A stretch of DNA of 64,000 nucleotides, taken from NCBI GenBank assembly GCA_965223265.1, contig OZ244999.1:5952001-6016000 (forward strand), given 5' to 3'. Under the pieces are notes generated by a model. The model did not search any database. It saw only the letters and a program-made list of their open reading frames with translations, and was not told the DNA's origin. Of this stretch, positions 50,784 to 61,124 are shown in pieces (position 1 is the stretch's first letter; every line of letters starts with the position of its first letter). This DNA comes from Planctomycetota bacterium (lineage in GTDB: Bacteria > Planctomycetota > UBA8108 > SXIK01). A program made the translations under genes and the position numbers.

Positions 50784-51389
50784 CAGCAGAGGACGGTCTA
50801 AGAAATCATATCACTTGCCAGCATGCGGCATGTCGCCGATCATTCCAGAGCGGCAAAGTTGACGCGGGATGTCACTCAAGCCGCCAGTGGCGAGTTTTTC
50901 TTTCGCAGTCGCAGTTGGAGGTGTCTTGGTGAGAAGGCTACCATCCGTCGCGATCCGGGTCTGTGCCGATCACCAATCCGTTCCGCCATGTCAGCGGCGG
51001 CAACTTCTCGCCCGTGACGTGGACTTTTCTCAAAGATTCTACGGCACCTCAAAGGCCGTATGCACAGCTACAATTGCTCCAACTGACCTACACGGATTCG
51101 TCGAACAAGTTGGTCCTCTTCGTGGAACTGAGCGAAAGGTGACGTGGGAAGAACTGAGCGGGATTCTTTCTGCCGCGCTTCTTGCTTCCAGGGCTGAGTC
51201 TCTATTCGCGAAGAAAAAAATCCCGCCCCAAGCTTGCCAGATGCGCACCAGAAGAGGTGAGGTTTCGTGCGAGGCTGTACGACAGCTCTCTTGGTAGCGT
51301 GATGCAGCGCGACGAACGAATGAACGATCGCTGAGATTATCTGTCCAACGGCCCGCAGTAGAAATCTGATGAGAAACGCGGGCTACAAC

Positions 51390-51944
51390 TCACTCTTCGA
51401 TCAGCTCTCGACTGCGCTCATAGACGTTCGGGAACTCTTCCTTAAGTGACGGCAGCCGCAGGAAGCAAGCGGACAGAAACCCCTTGTACTCCTTTAGAGC
51501 GGCCTCGGCGCGCTGCATGGAGTCGCGCGCTGAACTCGGAGCTGGTTCCATCGTCTCAGGGTCGTCGTACAGCGCACGCTCCATCTCAGGAAGTCCGATG
51601 CAGAATTGATATAGCTGACTTCCGCCAGGACCTTCCACGGGGTGGCACCCCTCCGTGGTGCACGCCATGCTGCGGGTGAAAACCACATTCGTGAGCCACG
51701 GCTCCTTGAGTTCGGCGAGGCGGATGCGAAGGGCACGACCGTCATGCGCTCGCTCTAGCTGCGCTCCAGGCGCAAGCTGTTCGACAGAATCGGCCGCGGC
51801 GCGTCGGAACTCCAGCGTCAACTCGCCTTCGATCACGTCAAGCGCGAACGCGAGCCTCCTGGCTGCGTCGTCCGCGCGCTCAGACGAGGTTTTCTCGCGA
51901 CAACTGTTCGACTGGCGATTCTTCATGCGACTGGCCCTCGGCAC
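51390..51944 (-). CDS. Hypothetical protein
   Basis: 184-aa ORF with protein-like composition, co-directional with neighbours; no family recognised. Confidence 0.5.
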   Translation of the reverse strand: MPRASRMKNRQSNSCREKTSSERADDAARRLAFALDVIEGELTLEFRRAAADSVEQLAPGAQLERAHDGRALRIRLAELKEPWLTNVVFTRSMACTTEGCHPVEGPGGSQLYQFCIGLPEMERALYDDPETMEPAPSSARDSMQRAEAALKEYKGFLSACFLRLPSLKEEFPNVYERSRELIEE

Positions 51945-51998
51945 TCATAGTTTTAGCGCTAGCGGTCGACCAGGGTGGACAAGGAATATCGTCACTCC

Positions 51999-52643
51999 TC
52001 AAAGTTTCGGTCGCCTGACGAGAATGTAGCAGCGTCGGCTCGCATGCTCAACGTCCGGATAGGGTTCTCGCTCGATGGTCTCGTCGATTTCGAACCCGGT
52101 GTCGCGGAGAAAGCTTGTCATCTCGTCGACACTGAAGAAGAAGAATTCCACGCAGACTTTGTGCCCCCACCATTCGTCCAAACGCATCGTCTCGTCGCCA
52201 ATGTGGAAAGCCAGCAGCAACAATCCCCCAGGCCTCAGGACCCGCCAAAGTTCACCGAGCGCTTGCGCCATATCGCCGCGCGGTATGTGGATGAGGGAGT
52301 AGAACGCCACGAGGCCGGCCCAGGCTCCGACGGAAGCTTCCAGCTCCATCATGTTGCCCTGCTGGAACTCGATGCGGGGATTCAAGCGCTTCGCTCGCTC
52401 CACCATGGCGGGCGACAGGTCGACACCACAGACATCCACGTCCCGCTCCTGCAGGTAGCGCGCGACGTGCCCAGGCCCGCATCCGATGTCGCAGACAGGG
52501 CCAGCGTCACGCATGGCTTCCGCGAAGCGATCGAGCAGCTTTCGGTCGAGTGGCTTGTGCCGCAATTCCTCGAAGATGCGCCGGGCGTATTCGTCCGCCA
52601 CTCGGTCGTAAGTGTCTTGACAGTCTTCCGGAGTCATGGTCAT
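51999..52643 (-). CDS. Class I SAM-dependent methyltransferase
   Basis: YDRVADEY, VCDIGCGPG, GVDLSPAM, FYSLIH, RVLRPGG. Confidence 0.9.
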   Translation of the reverse strand: MTMTPEDCQDTYDRVADEYARRIFEELRHKPLDRKLLDRFAEAMRDAGPVCDIGCGPGHVARYLQERDVDVCGVDLSPAMVERAKRLNPRIEFQQGNMMELEASVGAWAGLVAFYSLIHIPRGDMAQALGELWRVLRPGGLLLLAFHIGDETMRLDEWWGHKVCVEFFFFSVDEMTSFLRDTGFEIDETIEREPYPDVEHASRRCYILVRRPKL

Positions 52644-52683
52644 GTGCCGGAAACGGGTCCAGTTCGTATCAAACTGCGGGCGC

Positions 52684-53376
52684 CTACCAAACGAACGGCA
52701 CGAGACGGAATCGAACTCTCGCTGCATACTCCCCGTATCCCGTCAGTTCCTCAAGGAGTGTTTCGTCTTCAAGCTTCGTCCTCACGACAAAGAGCGATGC
52801 AACCAGCAACACTGGTACGAACGTCCAAATCGAGCCGAACATCAACGGCACGGATAGCCCGCCGCCAATCGCTGCGACGTATCCGGGGTGGCGGACAAAT
52901 CGGTAGGGGCCGGTGGTGACGACGCGGTGACGTCGGTCATGCTGAACACGCACGAATTGTTCGAAGTGCTCATTCTCCAACATGGCCCAGGTACCGAAGG
53001 CTGTCGCGCAGGTGAGCACCGCCACGCCAACATAGAACCAAGACCATGGCAACACGGACCATCCGAATCGGACAGCGTCGAACCCCGCAACAACAGCCGT
53101 GACGATCCCCGAGAAAAGCCAGAGAATCGCGAAGACCATGTCGAATCTTTTGACGTCTGCGTGGCTGGACCCGCGCTGATTCAGCGTGTTCGACGAAAAA
53201 AACGCGAGCAGACATAGAGTGCAAGCCTCAGCGATGAACATGGTCGCGATGGTCACCCAGCCGCGCAACCAGTCGACTGTGCCACTTGCAAGGAAGAGCA
53301 GGACTGCAAAGAAGGCCAAGAGCCCAAGGCGCTGGCCAATGTATCGAGCACCCTGGAGTGACACTGTTCCCGGCAC
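52684..53376 (-). CDS. Isoprenylcysteine carboxyl methyltransferase (ICMT/PEMT) family membrane protein
   Basis: Multiple TMs, VVTTGPYRFVRHPGY, RTKLEDETL, GYGEY, RLVPFVW; start taken at GTG 53376. Confidence 0.88.
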   Translation of the reverse strand: MPGTVSLQGARYIGQRLGLLAFFAVLLFLASGTVDWLRGWVTIATMFIAEACTLCLLAFFSSNTLNQRGSSHADVKRFDMVFAILWLFSGIVTAVVAGFDAVRFGWSVLPWSWFYVGVAVLTCATAFGTWAMLENEHFEQFVRVQHDRRHRVVTTGPYRFVRHPGYVAAIGGGLSVPLMFGSIWTFVPVLLVASLFVVRTKLEDETLLEELTGYGEYAARVRFRLVPFVW

Positions 53377-53635
53377 GGGCCTCCGTCCTCGACACGGGCC
53401 GACGTGGACGCGATCCACGCAAACTGCGAAGAGCCGACGCTTTGAAGAAAGCATCTCACGTCGAGGCTCCTCAGACGCTCTGATTGTACTCGAACATGCC
53501 AACTGACCGTGAAGCCCTACTGACCAGTTGACCACAGGTTGCTGCTGTTCAAAGTCTTCCCCGAGTCTGTGGCCTTTCTCCCTCGGACCTTCAACGCTCG
53601 ACTTGAATACTACTCAACAGAGAGACCCACATAGC

Positions 53636-56600
53636 TCACGGATCCTCCTGATTCACCGGATCCGCCAACTGGCGCGCAAGAAACTCCTCGGCAGCGCTCC
53701 TTGCAACGCCGGGGTATCTATGGCCGCCCTCATGGTGCAACCAGCCGATGCGTTCGCGGGCGCCGAAGATTTCGTAGACCGGAAGTGCAGCCTCGATGTG
53801 ACTCCAGCTCCGTGCATCGTCGGCACCGCCGCCCGCCAAGAGGAGAAACCCGCGCGGCGCGATGAGAGCGAGGTTCTCGTGATGCTGCAGATCAAAGCCC
53901 GGCTTTCGGATCGAAGGGCCAAGATACCATTCGGCCTCCCAATTGCTGAACTCGAGTCCAATGCCTCCTTCACTGAACACCGCGGCCTGGATGCGCTCGT
54001 CAAACGCGGCGGCATAGAGGACTTGCTTAGCGCCGAGTGAATGTCCGATCGCGCCGATGCGGCCCGAGTCCACGATGGTTAGAGATTCGAGGTAATCGAC
54101 TGCGCGCTGTGCGTCGAGCAGCATGCGCGTCATTCCCTTCCACTCAGGATGTCGCGCCAGCACCTTGCGCGTGTTGTTCGCGTAGGTCTCTACACCCACA
54201 CTGCGAAAAAAATCGTCCTCATCTTGGGTCTCAGGATCGTCTGCAAAGATGTACGAGCGCGGGCAGAGGACGACGTAGCCGAGCTCCGCGAGCTGGACTC
54301 CGATCATGAGCGACGGCTCGATTTGGTCCACGCCGGCCGCCTGCTTGGCGTGGGTTCCGATCGTTTGATGGAAGACGACGACAGCAGGGAGCGTTCCCTC
54401 GGCCGGCGGGTCGATGAACTTGGGAACGAGCAGGTAGGCGTCAGTGGTGACGCCTTCTTCGATGCGGTAGCGCACGAGCGTGCGCGTGAACAGCGGCAGC
54501 TCTTCGCGACTCACCTCTTGAGAGTCGAGATGCCCACGCTCGGTGGGGAGCTCACCGAGAAAACTCTTCCACCTCGACAAAACCTCCGCACGACGCGTCT
54601 CCCACGCAGCCTGCTGCGCCTCGGACGCTGCATTTGGCAAGGAGACGAGAGGCGAAAGCGACGGAAGACTCGGAGGCGCTGGATCTGGTGGCGTTCGCGC
54701 GTCACGCAGCACGGTGACGCGGCGGAGCGCGCGACTTGCCTCACGGCGCACCTCTTCGTCCGGGTCGTCGGTGCGTCGCCGGAGCGCCGCGGCGGCCGAT
54801 TCCGCGGCAGGCCCGATCCGTCCTAAGACGCGTGCGGCGCGAGCGCGGAGAATGACGTCGGATGACTCCAAGCACTCTGTCAGGGCGCCGACGGCGGGTC
54901 GGCCGATGCGTTCGAGCACGACCGTCGCGACGTCCCCCTTGTGGTAGTTACCGAGGAGGTTCACGAGGGACGGAACCGCAGCGCTCGCTCGAGGGCCAAG
55001 CTCGGCGAGCAGGTTCGGGACTCCGAACAAGAGCATCGTGGACTTGAGATGTCGATTGAAGCTTTCGATTGCGAACGGGATAAAACTCTGATCAATTTTC
55101 CAAAGCGCTTCGGCGCCTGCAGGGTACCAAACCTTTTCATCTTCGATCGCCTTTCGGATCGCGGGGATTGCACCGTTGGTTGTCGTCCCCAGTTTGGCAA
55201 GGCTCCTGACCGCTGCTGTGCTGAGCAGGTCATTCGGGGTGGATAAAGAGTGGATGGACAAAACAGGAGCGTGGAAATCCTCTGGGTCAACACGACTCGC
55301 CTCATCGAACCAACGCAGCAAATCGGGAAGAATCTCGGCACGTCGGTTCTCCATGGCGCCGAGCGCTCTGATCGCCTCAACTCTGAGTGGACGGTCGACT
55401 CTCGTATCCGAGGCAATGTCGATCAGATCACGGCCGACAGTTTCGTTCTCCGGCCAAATCGCACCGAGTGCGCCAGCGCAGCTCTCGCGAATCCATGCAT
55501 TCTCGTTCGAGTCATTTAGGCGCTCCAGGAGAAACGGAACAGCTGCAGCCGCCCGCTTACCGAAGTGACTCAAGGACCAAATCACATCCGAAGTATCGAT
55601 GACTCTGCGGTTGAGAAGGTCGACGATCTCAGGGATCGCCTCCACCGCTCGAAGGCGGCAAAGAGCGACTGCAGCTTCTGTCTGCGGAGTTGCACTGCGT
55701 TGGCGAAATTCTTTGAGTAGAAGGGGAATCGTCCCTTCCACTTTCACCCCGACGCGCCCCAACGTTAAGACACAACCTATACGCACGAGGCGGCTGCTAT
55801 GTGGGAGCTTCTGGGTGACCGCGCTAGCGATGCGAGCCCAAGAAGCGTCTCCCCTCGGGAGAAATAGCCGCGATAGAGAATTCACAGCTCTATTCTGAAC
55901 GTCCTCAACCGGATCGTGGAGAGCCCTGATGAGACCATCAACCGCTGCGTCGAAGTCGCTCCGGCTCAGGACTCTGATCGCCTGATAACGGACCCTCGCA
56001 TCCGAATGTTCGAGTGCCGCAACGATCGCTGGCAGCGCCACTCCTGGATTGGCGACATCGAGCGCCCAAAGCAAAAGTGTGGTGTCATGGCTCCTCAGCG
56101 CACGACGAACTCCTTCCCGTGTCCGCGGGTCACCGGGTTGCCGCCCAAAAAGCAAACAGGCGGCAGCGTTTCGGACTCTCTCATTCGGATCGCTGAGCGC
56201 TTGCGCAACTTCCAGGATGGTGTCGAAATCACGTCGACCACGAAGGCAATAAAGCGCCCAAAAACGCACCGACGCGTCGCTGCTGCCAAAGTAGACCGGG
56301 AGTTGCGCCCGGACCTCACCGCTGATGAGATGCGCCACAGCGTCTCGGGCCTCCGGGGCGCACTCTCGAAAGAAACGCCCCAGCGCCTCTGGTCCCATGC
56401 GGAGTAACCCGCGGAGCGCTTCACGTGCGAGACCTACGTTAGGTTCGTCGTCGCTGTCGAATTCAAGGCTACCCAGATCGCCGACGTGGGGAGCGACGAT
56501 CGATGCGAACTCCGGTAGCGCTCGCAGCGACTTCATGTCGACAAGCCTGCGGAGGGCGACCGACCGCTCGACCGGTTCGCTCGACGACAACTGATGGAGC

Positions 56601-56695
56601 CACCAGGCTTCAACGCCGCGGTTCCACAACAGACACACACCGGCGACGACGACGATCACTGTGAGGAGAGAGATCGCCTGAAGAATTCTCCGCAT
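53636..56695 (-). CDS. Membrane-anchored HEAT-repeat protein fused to a dienelactone-hydrolase-like alpha/beta hydrolase
   Basis: N-terminal TM, many HEAT repeats, Pro linker, then AYLLVP, PAVVVFHQT, GYVVLCP, nucleophile GHSLG, C-terminal GGHRY. Confidence 0.85.
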   Translation of the reverse strand: MRRILQAISLLTVIVVVAGVCLLWNRGVEAWWLHQLSSSEPVERSVALRRLVDMKSLRALPEFASIVAPHVGDLGSLEFDSDDEPNVGLAREALRGLLRMGPEALGRFFRECAPEARDAVAHLISGEVRAQLPVYFGSSDASVRFWALYCLRGRRDFDTILEVAQALSDPNERVRNAAACLLFGRQPGDPRTREGVRRALRSHDTTLLLWALDVANPGVALPAIVAALEHSDARVRYQAIRVLSRSDFDAAVDGLIRALHDPVEDVQNRAVNSLSRLFLPRGDASWARIASAVTQKLPHSSRLVRIGCVLTLGRVGVKVEGTIPLLLKEFRQRSATPQTEAAVALCRLRAVEAIPEIVDLLNRRVIDTSDVIWSLSHFGKRAAAAVPFLLERLNDSNENAWIRESCAGALGAIWPENETVGRDLIDIASDTRVDRPLRVEAIRALGAMENRRAEILPDLLRWFDEASRVDPEDFHAPVLSIHSLSTPNDLLSTAAVRSLAKLGTTTNGAIPAIRKAIEDEKVWYPAGAEALWKIDQSFIPFAIESFNRHLKSTMLLFGVPNLLAELGPRASAAVPSLVNLLGNYHKGDVATVVLERIGRPAVGALTECLESSDVILRARAARVLGRIGPAAESAAAALRRRTDDPDEEVRREASRALRRVTVLRDARTPPDPAPPSLPSLSPLVSLPNAASEAQQAAWETRRAEVLSRWKSFLGELPTERGHLDSQEVSREELPLFTRTLVRYRIEEGVTTDAYLLVPKFIDPPAEGTLPAVVVFHQTIGTHAKQAAGVDQIEPSLMIGVQLAELGYVVLCPRSYIFADDPETQDEDDFFRSVGVETYANNTRKVLARHPEWKGMTRMLLDAQRAVDYLESLTIVDSGRIGAIGHSLGAKQVLYAAAFDERIQAAVFSEGGIGLEFSNWEAEWYLGPSIRKPGFDLQHHENLALIAPRGFLLLAGGGADDARSWSHIEAALPVYEIFGARERIGWLHHEGGHRYPGVARSAAEEFLARQLADPVNQEDP

Positions 56696-56982
56696 GCGGG
56701 GCAACAGATTATCTCTCCTACTTCGAGTTTGGTCCTTCGGTGCACCAAGGTGGCGTGCCTGCCACTCATGCGGCTGGACCAAAGGAGCAGGCACACTTCG
56801 CGTATCGGCCGCTCTGGTCTCAGACTACGGCACGCGAAGCGTGCCTGCTACGTTTCCGGGCAGGAATTTTCGAACCCGTACAAACTTTTTCGGGGCGGGA
56901 GCAAAGAATGCGAAGAGGCTCTGAATCAAGGTGAACCCGTCGGTCGTAGCCCTCTTCGGCATCGCGCACAGACAGACTGACT

Positions 56983-59628
56983 CTACTCTGCCGCACAAGC
57001 GCGCCGGCAAAGAGGGCCGCCGATGTCGACGCAGGCACCGCCGAGCGCATGCGGCGGGCCGCCGCGAAAGAGGTGGCCGATCAGCGCCACAGCATCGGAG
57101 AGATCGATCGCGCCGCCGTCGCCGTTGAAGTCGAGAAGTGTCTGGCCGACCGCGGTCGGCCGCTGCTCGGCGTCGACGAAACAGGGCTCGAGGGGCTGGC
57201 CGCGGAAGAGCCAGTTCAGCAGCGTGATCACATCCGAAAGGTCCAGCAGGGCGTCGCGGTTGAAATCGCCGGGCCGATGCCCTTCAGCCTCCCGCTCCGG
57301 CGTCAACCGGATCTCGAGACCGTCGGCTCCGGTGATCGGGACGGAGTCCGTGCCATTGTCGTCACTCGTCTGAAAGCGCATCCAAAAAGCCCAGACGCCG
57401 CCGTAGAAGAGTTCGATCTCATTCCAGATTCCGACGAGGACCGTGTTCTCGCCAGGACGGAGAAAGATAGGACGCGTTTCGTCGATAGGACTCGTCGGAT
57501 AATCCACGCTCTGCGGCACGATCGTCAGCGCCGGATTGCGAGCCCCCCTGCACGCGGACTCGCGAGCTGCGCAATCGTCTCGGCAGTAGGTTCGCTGCAC
57601 CACCGTCTCGCCGTTTAGCTGGAGGAAGAAGTCTTGGGACGCTTCGCTCTTGATGAAAACGGGCATCTCCGCGCCCGAGCGATTGTAGACGTAGCACTGA
57701 AGGTAGGTCATGCCGCTAACTATGTGCGGCCCGAAAACCTCAGTCTGAAAATCAATGTAACTATCGCCGTTGTGATGCGCGAAGACGGTGGGCACTCCAC
57801 CCGGGTTGAGGTCGCGGTCGAGCGAAGTCGGATGGAGCCCACTTGCCGGCGACCGAGCCGGGAGCGGCGACTGTCCAGGCGCCGGCTCCATCCCGACCGG
57901 ACTGAAAGCAGTGTTGACCACGAGTCCAGGCTCCCACGGAAGTGCCCACGGCGGGATTCCGTCCGCGATGCCGTCGTCGTCGAAATCCGCCGCGGCAAAG
58001 TCAGCTTCAAGATTCTCGAACGTCGGCCCGTCACTTTGCCCCGGACCGTTGCACGTGAACGGACAATACGGATTGCGATACGGCCCCAGCACGTTCCACG
58101 AGGTGATGCCGCCGCAAACAGGATCAAATCCAGTCGCCGGTGCCACCCGCTCAGAACTCACGAGCACGGTCGGCTGGCTGCCTGTCGCTTCCGCGTACGA
58201 TAGGAGGAACTTGAAATCTCGTGCAGCAGGATTCCCCTCCGGGACCCCCGTGGCTACGCTGTAGCTGAGCTCCAGGTCGCCGCCCGCGATGTCCGCCGGC
58301 GCCAGATTCCATTCGACCGCGAACGGCTCGGTCGCGGGATCGCCCGGGGCGATGACGCGGCCAGAGGCACTTGGCACGCCGACGACAGTGAACCCAAGAG
58401 GCAACGTACTTCTCACGTTCGTGCTGGCGATTGGGCATGCCGGCTCGCGGCGCGGCGACGTAACGTCCACGTGCACCGCAAACCGCTGCGGCACGAGGAA
58501 GTCACCAACCTCGCCGCGCTGCAGGCCGACGAATCGATGCGCGAACGTCGCCGGCGCGGGGGCGAGGTCGCAATCGCCCGGAATGTTCTCGATCTCGATT
58601 TCGTGCAGGTAGTTGCCAGCGTCGCGGCCTCCCGTCGACGCCGCCGCGATCACATAGCCGTCAAAAGGCGTCAAGCCCGGTAGCCGTGTCTCAGCGATGC
58701 GGCCAAAGTCGATGCCTTGGTCCACCAGATTCAGTTCCATGGCCGCCATCTCACCGCGCACGAGCGCGGTCATCTCGATGCGATTGGGGATGAGTCCCTC
58801 GCTGCCAACGTCGTTTCTCATGTGCAGCAAAACCCCCGCCGGGAGCTGGACCGTCACACCAATTCCGTGCGAGGGAGGGAGGGCCTGGGCGCCGTCCGGG
58901 ATGTAATAGATGCCGACGTGATCTTCGCGATCGCTATCGCGTTTGCGAAGATCACCTGGCTCGTGCCCAAGATTGTAGTCGGCCTCAAAAATGATCTGCT
59001 GACCACCATCGCGCACGCCGTCGCCATTGCCGTCGTTCTCCGGACACGGTAGCGTTGCGCCTTCCGGACAGACGTACCCGGTGAGACCGTTCCCGCCCCC
59101 GGGCATGCCGGCGCCAGGAGGGTCCTGCAGCTCGACGAGAGTGATCCCGAAACCTTCGGCCGGGTTATCGAACCGGCAACCGCCGTCGGCGCTGAAGATC
59201 ACCCGGATGCGCAGGTTGTCGATCGAAACCTTCTGCGGCAGGAAGATGTTTCCATGCTGCCCCCTGCCGTGTGTCAGCGCCACAAAACCGAACGTGCTCA
59301 CCTCTCCTCCGACCGCTTCGACGTCTTCCTGGCTCCAGACTGTGCATGGATACACCGTTGGCGGGCCGCAGAAGGAGGCGCTCGAAACACGGTCATCGAA
59401 GTACACGAACGGGCCGTCGCCAAACTCATTTGCGCAAAGAGGTGAACCTGGCGCGATCCAATGCGCGGCAAGATCCGCTGGTGTTCCGCTGCGCCCCCAC
59501 CGCGCTTGCGGTGAACTGAACGGGTCGGTCGAGAAGTCGTCGAACACCGGCAGCTGCGCGAAAGTCGCTGCTGGCGTAAAGATCACACTGCACATCCCCA
59601 CGACGACGAGCAATCCGCGGATCGACAT
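56983..59628 (-). CDS. Secreted multidomain protein with L-type lectin-like domain and C-terminal dockerin-like domain
   Basis: Signal peptide, PAEGFG...FEADY...DHVGI...FDGYVIAAASTGG (ConA/legume-lectin-like), ITSWNVLGPY domain, RPGDFNRDALLDLSD tail. Confidence 0.7.
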   Translation of the reverse strand: MSIRGLLVVVGMCSVIFTPAATFAQLPVFDDFSTDPFSSPQARWGRSGTPADLAAHWIAPGSPLCANEFGDGPFVYFDDRVSSASFCGPPTVYPCTVWSQEDVEAVGGEVSTFGFVALTHGRGQHGNIFLPQKVSIDNLRIRVIFSADGGCRFDNPAEGFGITLVELQDPPGAGMPGGGNGLTGYVCPEGATLPCPENDGNGDGVRDGGQQIIFEADYNLGHEPGDLRKRDSDREDHVGIYYIPDGAQALPPSHGIGVTVQLPAGVLLHMRNDVGSEGLIPNRIEMTALVRGEMAAMELNLVDQGIDFGRIAETRLPGLTPFDGYVIAAASTGGRDAGNYLHEIEIENIPGDCDLAPAPATFAHRFVGLQRGEVGDFLVPQRFAVHVDVTSPRREPACPIASTNVRSTLPLGFTVVGVPSASGRVIAPGDPATEPFAVEWNLAPADIAGGDLELSYSVATGVPEGNPAARDFKFLLSYAEATGSQPTVLVSSERVAPATGFDPVCGGITSWNVLGPYRNPYCPFTCNGPGQSDGPTFENLEADFAAADFDDDGIADGIPPWALPWEPGLVVNTAFSPVGMEPAPGQSPLPARSPASGLHPTSLDRDLNPGGVPTVFAHHNGDSYIDFQTEVFGPHIVSGMTYLQCYVYNRSGAEMPVFIKSEASQDFFLQLNGETVVQRTYCRDDCAARESACRGARNPALTIVPQSVDYPTSPIDETRPIFLRPGENTVLVGIWNEIELFYGGVWAFWMRFQTSDDNGTDSVPITGADGLEIRLTPEREAEGHRPGDFNRDALLDLSDVITLLNWLFRGQPLEPCFVDAEQRPTAVGQTLLDFNGDGGAIDLSDAVALIGHLFRGGPPHALGGACVDIGGPLCRRACAAE

Positions 59629-59804
59629 CGGTTGACCCTTTCCGCATTCTGGTGGAACGCTGCCAAGAACCACAGGTGGCTCAGCACCCTGTCTTTAGAT
59701 TACGTGTGCCGGAAGCAGAACTTAAGCGAAATCCGCGGACACGTGCTGGCTTGTTCGCCCACCATTTCCACGCCAAAGCCCACATCATTGCTCGTTTCCA
59801 GAAT

Positions 59805-60977
59805 CTACGTTCGACCCTCGTCGGTCACGGGCGAAGTGTCATTCTCCAAGCCGTACAAAGACCGAGAGTTCTCCGAGAGGATGCGCCGCGCGCCGTCGAT
59901 CGCTTCGTCCTCCGTCAGCCAGCCGCGCCTTGTTAGAGACGAAAGCGCAGCCGTGATTTCCGACCTGGCAACGTTCGCTCCCCACGCGAAGAGCTCCGGG
60001 CCGACGCTGGCGTCGGAGCCATACATGAGCTTTGCGATGGGGGCCTGCTCGAGCAGCTCGAGAAGCAGACCCCGCACGCCGTGCGCGATCAGAGGTATGG
60101 ACAACGACAGATCCACAAACGCGTTCGGGTAGAGACCCGCCAGCAGAGCAGCGCTCCGAACGAACGGGTAGCCACTGTGAAGGAGAACAATCGGCACACT
60201 TGCGAACCGTCCGTCCTCGAAGAGAGGTCGTAGGAGCAGTGGGTCCGACGAACACGGATCGAGATCACGATCTCCGAATCCGGTGTGAACCTGGAGAGGC
60301 CAAGAACGCTGTGCAGCGACGTCGAACGCCGTCTCGACGATGGATCGGATCACTGCTGGTTCCGTTAGGCGCGCGGTTCCTGTTGTCTCGACGCGGTGGC
60401 GCTCCCGCTTGAAGGCGTCGCGGGCTGACTCCGCAGACCGCCAAAACGAGAGCCCGCATCTGTAGGCCGCGATCGTCTTAAGGGCAACGACGCGCTGACG
60501 ATCACACGCGAGCAGATGGCCGCGCAAATCCTCCAGCAAAGAGTCGAGCGAATCGACCCGTGGCAGGATACATTCGGCAACCGTCTCTAATCTGAGCACC
60601 TCTCGGCACGGCACGCCAAGAACATCTTCACAATCTCCGAGCGTCAGCGAGTTCTTCGGGTAGCCGGTGTCAAGAAGGATGCAGCGAACGTTCTCAGGTT
60701 GAAGAATGCGCTGCGCGTAGTCCCTGAGGCCATGCTTGTTTCGGTAGGCGACGATTGCGGCCGCGGTCGCTTCAACGCCGAGACGCCTCGCAAGAAAACG
60801 GATCGCCGCCATCATCGTCACGGTCGACGGGGAATACAAAGTGAGCTGCGTCTCGTCGGCAGACTCGGAAAAGGAAGCGGTGAAGTCTTGCAGCGAGACC
60901 ACATCTCCGGCGACACACGGGTGCGCGTGTCCGTCGATGATCTCCAGAGCAGCGATCGTCTCGGCGAGTGAACTCAC
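59805..60977 (-). CDS. Amidohydrolase family protein (FluG N-terminal domain-like)
   Basis: IIDGHAH, ALKTIAAYRCGL, LQVHTGFGD, LLHSGYPF, YGSDA, PELF; GTG start 60977. Confidence 0.88.
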   Translation of the reverse strand: MSSLAETIAALEIIDGHAHPCVAGDVVSLQDFTASFSESADETQLTLYSPSTVTMMAAIRFLARRLGVEATAAAIVAYRNKHGLRDYAQRILQPENVRCILLDTGYPKNSLTLGDCEDVLGVPCREVLRLETVAECILPRVDSLDSLLEDLRGHLLACDRQRVVALKTIAAYRCGLSFWRSAESARDAFKRERHRVETTGTARLTEPAVIRSIVETAFDVAAQRSWPLQVHTGFGDRDLDPCSSDPLLLRPLFEDGRFASVPIVLLHSGYPFVRSAALLAGLYPNAFVDLSLSIPLIAHGVRGLLLELLEQAPIAKLMYGSDASVGPELFAWGANVARSEITAALSSLTRRGWLTEDEAIDGARRILSENSRSLYGLENDTSPVTDEGRT

Positions 60978-61030
60978 GCCTTGTGATTCACCTTTCCAGC
61001 GCGACAGCGCGCCGCAAGAGATCAAAACCG
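60951..61030. repeat. 80-bp direct repeat, left copy
   Basis: Identical to 61960-62039. Confidence 0.95.
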
Positions 61031-61124
61031 GCGATTGGAAGAGTCGATACGGTTTTGATAGACCTGTTCAGGACATCCGTTCCAAGAACGGGGAGCGTTT
61101 CGACACGAGTCGCCGATTGCCTTT

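Noticed and set aside
50790-51385. 600-bp intergenic region as an ncRNA or pseudogene
   Set aside because: Only one modest hairpin (GCCCGC...GCGGGC near 51350-51383) and no recognisable motif or homology
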